Assembly: GCA_010909165.1 (NCBI GenBank)
Contig: MU008186.1
Coordinates: forward strand, 757,002 to 821,001
Source: Anthoceros angustus
Lineage: Eukaryota > Plantae > Anthocerotophyta
Direction of reading: 5' to 3'
Length of the DNA: 64,000 bases
Shown: positions 59,415 through 64,000 of the stretch, piece after piece
Layout of the letters: every line of letters starts with the position of its first letter
Numbering within the stretch: the first letter of the stretch is position 1
Made by a program: the position numbers and the translations under genes
Notes under the pieces: generated by a model
Told to the model about the DNA's origin: nothing
Databases searched by the model: none
What the model saw: the letters and a program-made list of their open reading frames with translations, nothing else

Positions 59415-60148
59415 TCCAAGCTTTGATATGCGATCAAAAATTCTTTGTCTACAATTATCCTAGTCTAATGCTGTAAATGCAAGTAGCAAAAAGGGATTAT
59501 TGGACAAAAAATCCAGTAGCCACAAATCTATGGCTACTGGGTTATGTGTCTAATATTCTTTCTTACTACCTGCACGACAACATCAGTAATGGACTATTTT
59601 GTACAATTAATGATGAGATGATAAACTTCATTGTCGCGAATGGTACATGGCAGGTGCGATCGTACCTATAACACAAAGATGACTCGACGACGTTCTCGCG
59701 TCCGAACCGTATAGATTGCCACGCAATCGTCCACAATAAGGCGTCGGGGAGTTTTCCGGTAGCGGGGTCAAAAGCAAGCGAGGACGTTTGCAGATACTTT
59801 CAGATCCCGTGCCACTGACCTACCTAAAATTGTTGGGGCATACAGAATACTCAACACAGTCGGGGACCACGGGAGACGCTGCTCACCACGTGTTCTTCGA
59901 GGATGAGGAATACACTCTTGCTTTAAGTACCACCGAAATTTTAGGCGGCGGTCGATCTCTGCGCCAGCGAGACATTGCCCGATGGGGATGTCTGAAACTT
60001 ACAGATTTGGTGACCAATCTACAAAGGCAAGTGGCATTGAATTCCCATCCTCCGGCCTGGCAAGGTGCTGGGGCTGGTTGCCGTAGAGAGTCTAGATCCC
60101 AAGCGTCTTCACGCGTGGGGTGGGGCGCCTTGCATCCATTATCATAAG

Positions 60149-60401
60149 TGTAAGGGTATTAAAGCCCAATGTACTTAGACTAATACACTTAGTCTAAGTT
60201 GGGTGTCGATTAAGTATCATTAGTTTAGCTAAGCTAATCACTAGGAAGCTTCTTGTGCTCCTTCCTAGGAGCTTCTTGTGGAGCTTCCTAGGAGCCCTAT
60301 TGGAGGTATAAATACCTCCAAGCCTCATCTCAATGTGAGAGAGTTACACTTGCCTCCTCCTCTCCTCCTCTTTCCACCATCATGTCTGCCACGATCCTTC
60401 A
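60149..60401 (+). repeat. 5' LTR of copia element 3
   Basis: TGTAAGGG...CCTTCA, matches 25778-26027 in reverse. Followed by a degenerate PBS cggtatcgagcc (60404-60415). Confidence 0.88.
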
Positions 60402-63400
60402 AGCGGTATCGAGCCATGGTTTGGTTGTGTTGTGATGCTAGAATTTTCTAGGCTGCGGCGGCTCGTGAATTGCAGTGATCGGCATGGCGCGGCGCGAGCG
60501 CCGGCGAGGCCTGGCGAGCGGCGGGCCTGCCGCGGGCACGCGGCCGCGAGGCCTCCGTGGCCAGCGCCTGGCAGGCGGTGGCGCAGCGGCCCGCTGCCGG
60601 CCCGGCCCACGGGCGGCGCGGCCCGGCGCGCCGCGCGCGCCGGCGCGAGCAGCGGCCGCAGCCGCGGGCGGCCGAGCGCGCGAGCGCGGCCCAGGCGCAG
60701 CCGCGGGCGTGGCAGCAGCGCGTGGCCCGCCCGGGCCCCAGCGCCCGGCCCACAGGCCTTGAGCGCGCGGCCGGCCCTTGCCGCAGCGCCCGCCGTGCGG
60801 CGCGGCCGTCTGGCGGCGAGTGGCGGTGGCGGGCGGTGCCGTGCGCGAGCCCGGCGGGCGGCACAGTTGCGGAGTGCGAGCGCGGGCGGTGGCGAAAATT
60901 TCGAAATCGGCGGAATACTCGTGGAATAACGCGCAAAATACAGGAGCGGTATTTCTTCTTTGACTTTTCGACAAGGCGAGTCGTGTTTTATCTGTATCGA
61001 TTTTTGAGTCATGATGTCTTCATCATCGAGCGTCATGTTCAATATCGAGAAGTTAGATGGTACTAACTTCCCGTTGGAAAGAACAAGTGTATAATGTTCT
61101 AGTGCGAAAAAGCGGATCAAGCCCATAAAGTTGTTAGGCGTCAAACCGGATAGTATGACCGGGATGAGTGGCGGGACTGGATGAGCTTGCTAGATCTACT
61201 ATCATGCTAACATTGTCAAAAGCATGTACTTCAATGTGAAAGATAAGACCACGAGTTACGGATGGCGGATGTGACACAGGAGAAGCAAAGTGCGGCTTCT
61301 CGGTGTATTGGTTGAAAGCTGGTGGACTTGAAGATGAAGGAAGGGACGAGGATGTCCGATCATCGAATGATTTCAATACCATTTTCAGCCGCTCTCATCT
61401 CAAGGTATCAGTTCCAGTGAGAGCTATGTTTGGGTCACATTACGAGTTGGGACACCTTTAAATGCGGCTCGAGTAATTACTTTGCTAGTGGTCTTACCAT
61501 TGTAAATGTAGAAGGTAGCACATTGGCGAGGAGGTGAGCAGGAAAACATGGAACCTTCCAAAGGTTCCGGTGCCCTCATAGTGAGAGGGAGGTCCCTGCG
61601 AAGGGAAGCAACGAAGCTTCTCTCGTAGCAAATCTCGTAGTCGTAACAAGAATGTGGAGTGTCACTATTGTCACAAAGGGTCACTTCAAAAGAGTGCGAG
61701 AAGTTCAAAAGGACCAAGGAAAGAGAAGCGGGGCGACAAGCGACTTGCATCGAGTTGGAAGAGTTAAACTCGTTGAGGACGGAGATGTCCTTATCTCTTC
61801 TTACTTGAATCTTGCACAATTACGTAGTGGATAGTCATTTATTACGCAATTGGATAATTGACTGTGCATCTTTCCATGTTACTCCTCATAGAGTGGTTTA
61901 CACGTATGATGCTACAAGGAAAGGATCGTTAGGCTTGGAAATAACTATGCATGCGGATCGCGGGCGTGGTGATGTGCAACTCAAGTTTGACAACGGATCT
62001 TCATTCATCTTTGAAGGGCGTTAGGCATGTTCGAAGTTGACAAAGAGCATGATTAGCGCGAGACGGTTGGATGATCTTTGGTTACCTTCTTTGGTTTGGG
62101 GATCACTCTTGGAAGATCTCAAAGGTTCTCTGTGTTAGCTCGTGGATCGAGTGTGGCACTTTGTACTCACTTGTAAACCATCAAAGATCATGTGATCGTG
62201 TGACAGCCAAATGTTTCCTTGTGGCATTGCGGTTAGGACATATGTCTCGAGAAGGGAATGAAGGTTTTATCTCGTTACGGTTATATCCATTCTTAACTTC
62301 TCGATCTCTCGATGTGTGAGCACTTTGTTTATATGGGAAGCAGACAAAATCATCACATCGAAATAAAAGTAGAGTAAACCTCTTGAGTTGGTTCACGATG
62401 ATGTATGTGGACCTGCCTCTGCATCATTAGGCGGTGCCTCTATTTTGTCACTTTCATAGATGATTTCTCACGCAAGGTGTGGGTTTATCCTTTGAGGAAA
62501 AAGGATGAAGTTCGGCGGTGTTTGAAATTTGTCACCCTTGTAGAGAATCGATCGGCCACCGATTGAAGTGTCTAACGATAATGGTGGAAGTATGTTTTAA
62601 AGCTTTCCGGTCATTACATGATTCCAAGGGAATCAAAAGAGAATTGATAGTCTCCTCCACAAAATGGTGTGGCTGAGCGGATGAACAGAACCATTCAGGA
62701 GAGGATGCGTAGTTTGTTGTCAAACTCTGGATTGCCTAATGGGTTTTGGGCAGAAGCAGTGTCTACTGCAGTTCATCTTATTAACAGATCTCCTAATAAG
62801 GCTGTTGATGAGCAGGTTCCAGAGGAGCTATGGTCTGGAAAGAAACCATCCTACAAGCATCTGCGAGTGTTTGGCTGTGAGGCATACTGCCATGTTCCAA
62901 AAGAGTTTCGGGACAAGTTGGCACCTAAGTCCAAGAAATGTATTTTTCTTGGCTATGGTGATTCGGTGAGATGGGATACCGTTTGTGGGATCCGAGGCTA
63001 GAAAGGTTGTTACTAACACGTGTTCTTCAATGAGAACAAGATGCACAGGAAGCCTACTCCAAGCTGGAGGTGCGAAGGGTGATCTTCAAGAAGATGGACA
63101 TGATCATCATGGGCGGGTTGATACGTGGTAATGCGGGGCACATTCCTCCACCGATGATGAACCAAGAGTCGAACAAGCACCTATAGAGGTGCTGCCGTAG
63201 GTCGCAGATTACACGACCTCACAGCGGTATGATCCATCTCGGATTATGTTATCTTGTGATTGTGGGGAACCCTCTTCTTACAAAGAGGCCATGTCAGCGT
63301 AACAAAGAAGTGGGAGAAGGCCATGCAGTCAGAAATGAATTCGCTGCATAAGAACCAAACTTGGGAGTTGGTTCCGTTGCCTAAGGATAAGAAGGCACTA

Positions 63401-63517
63401 CCGTGCAAATGGGTGTACAAGATGAAGGTCATACCGCTTGATGGCAAACCAAAGTACAAGGCACGACTGGTTGCTAAGGGTTTCAAGCAACAACCAGGCA
63501 TTGACTTTGATGAAACA
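60149..63517 (+). mobile_element. Ty1/copia element 3 (same family as element 2), gag-PR-INT-RT start, interrupted at 63518
   Basis: MFNIEKLDGTNF (61035), zinc knuckle, WIIDCASFHVTP protease region, AERMNRTIQERMRSLL integrase, CKWVYKMK...KARLVAKGFKQQPGIDFDET RT. Confidence 0.92.
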
Positions 63518-64000
63518 TGATAATCTTGGAAGGGGGTTAATATACGATAAGGGGGTTTTCATCCAAATATCGTCGGAAGGGGGTTTGGGATGGGTCGCAT
63601 TCTGCTCCTTTGGGCAACATCGCTCATTCCAAGTGGGGTCCCAACTCTCCCAGGGATTCGGGATTACTACTACATTCCCGGGCTGTCTGGTCCAGTACCC
63701 TTCCAAGTCCTGGGACCCCAGCCTACTCTCTCCCGTGGGAATTCAGGTCCTGTGACCGGCTCCAACTCTATATTTCCGGATCGGTTGGTTTCCTCCTTCC
63801 TCCACACTCCTTGCTACCTTTCAATCACTCCATGATTGGTTCTGTTGTCTTACTCTCCAAACCGGTTGTGTTGGCGCGTCCAGCTCCTCCACCGGGAGGC
63901 TCTTTCCCACTTGTTGCTAAACCGCCAGGGGCCATCCAAGGCTTTTATCAACTGCCCTTCCGTCATGTCTCGGATTCATCCGGGATTCGATGAAGCCGGG
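63518..64000. mobile_element. Nested insertion, probably an LTR, truncated by the window edge
   Basis: The RT frame stops abruptly at TGATAATC... and the downstream sequence is unrelated and non-coding. Confidence 0.55.

Noticed and set aside
60380-61144. Many long overlapping Ala/Arg/Gly/Pro-rich ORFs on both strands
   Set aside because: Expected from stop-codon scarcity in a ~90% GC tract; no domain signal.

Overview
Eukaryotic, plant-type transposon landscape, roughly 50% GC. A non-seed land plant or streptophyte alga is a guess from the element types and short introns. No intact host gene, rRNA, tRNA or CRISPR array is visible. The window is a stack of nested mobile elements. (1) A 10.6 kb CACTA/En-Spm element with matching TIRs and a CTC target-site duplication (6840-17453), inserted into a tandem array of promoter-plus-gene cassettes. 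(2) At least four Ty1/copia insertions. One (18464-21545) has a nearly intact RT-RNaseH and an apparently intact three-exon gene on the opposite strand between pol and the 3' LTR. (3) Several decayed non-chromoviral (Athila/Tat-like) Ty3/gypsy pol fragments and LTRs. (4) At least six related copies of a gypsy accessory gene with LG(W/F)...W.Y.N..L(I/V).EC and ..(G/C)K.(I/V)DW-type motifs, often behind their own TATA box and near dense clusters of a GGTAG/CTACC motif. Most frames are broken by 1-3 bp indels, which may be partly long-read consensus error. Coordinates of decayed features are approximate, and domain names come from motif recognition rather than database searches.
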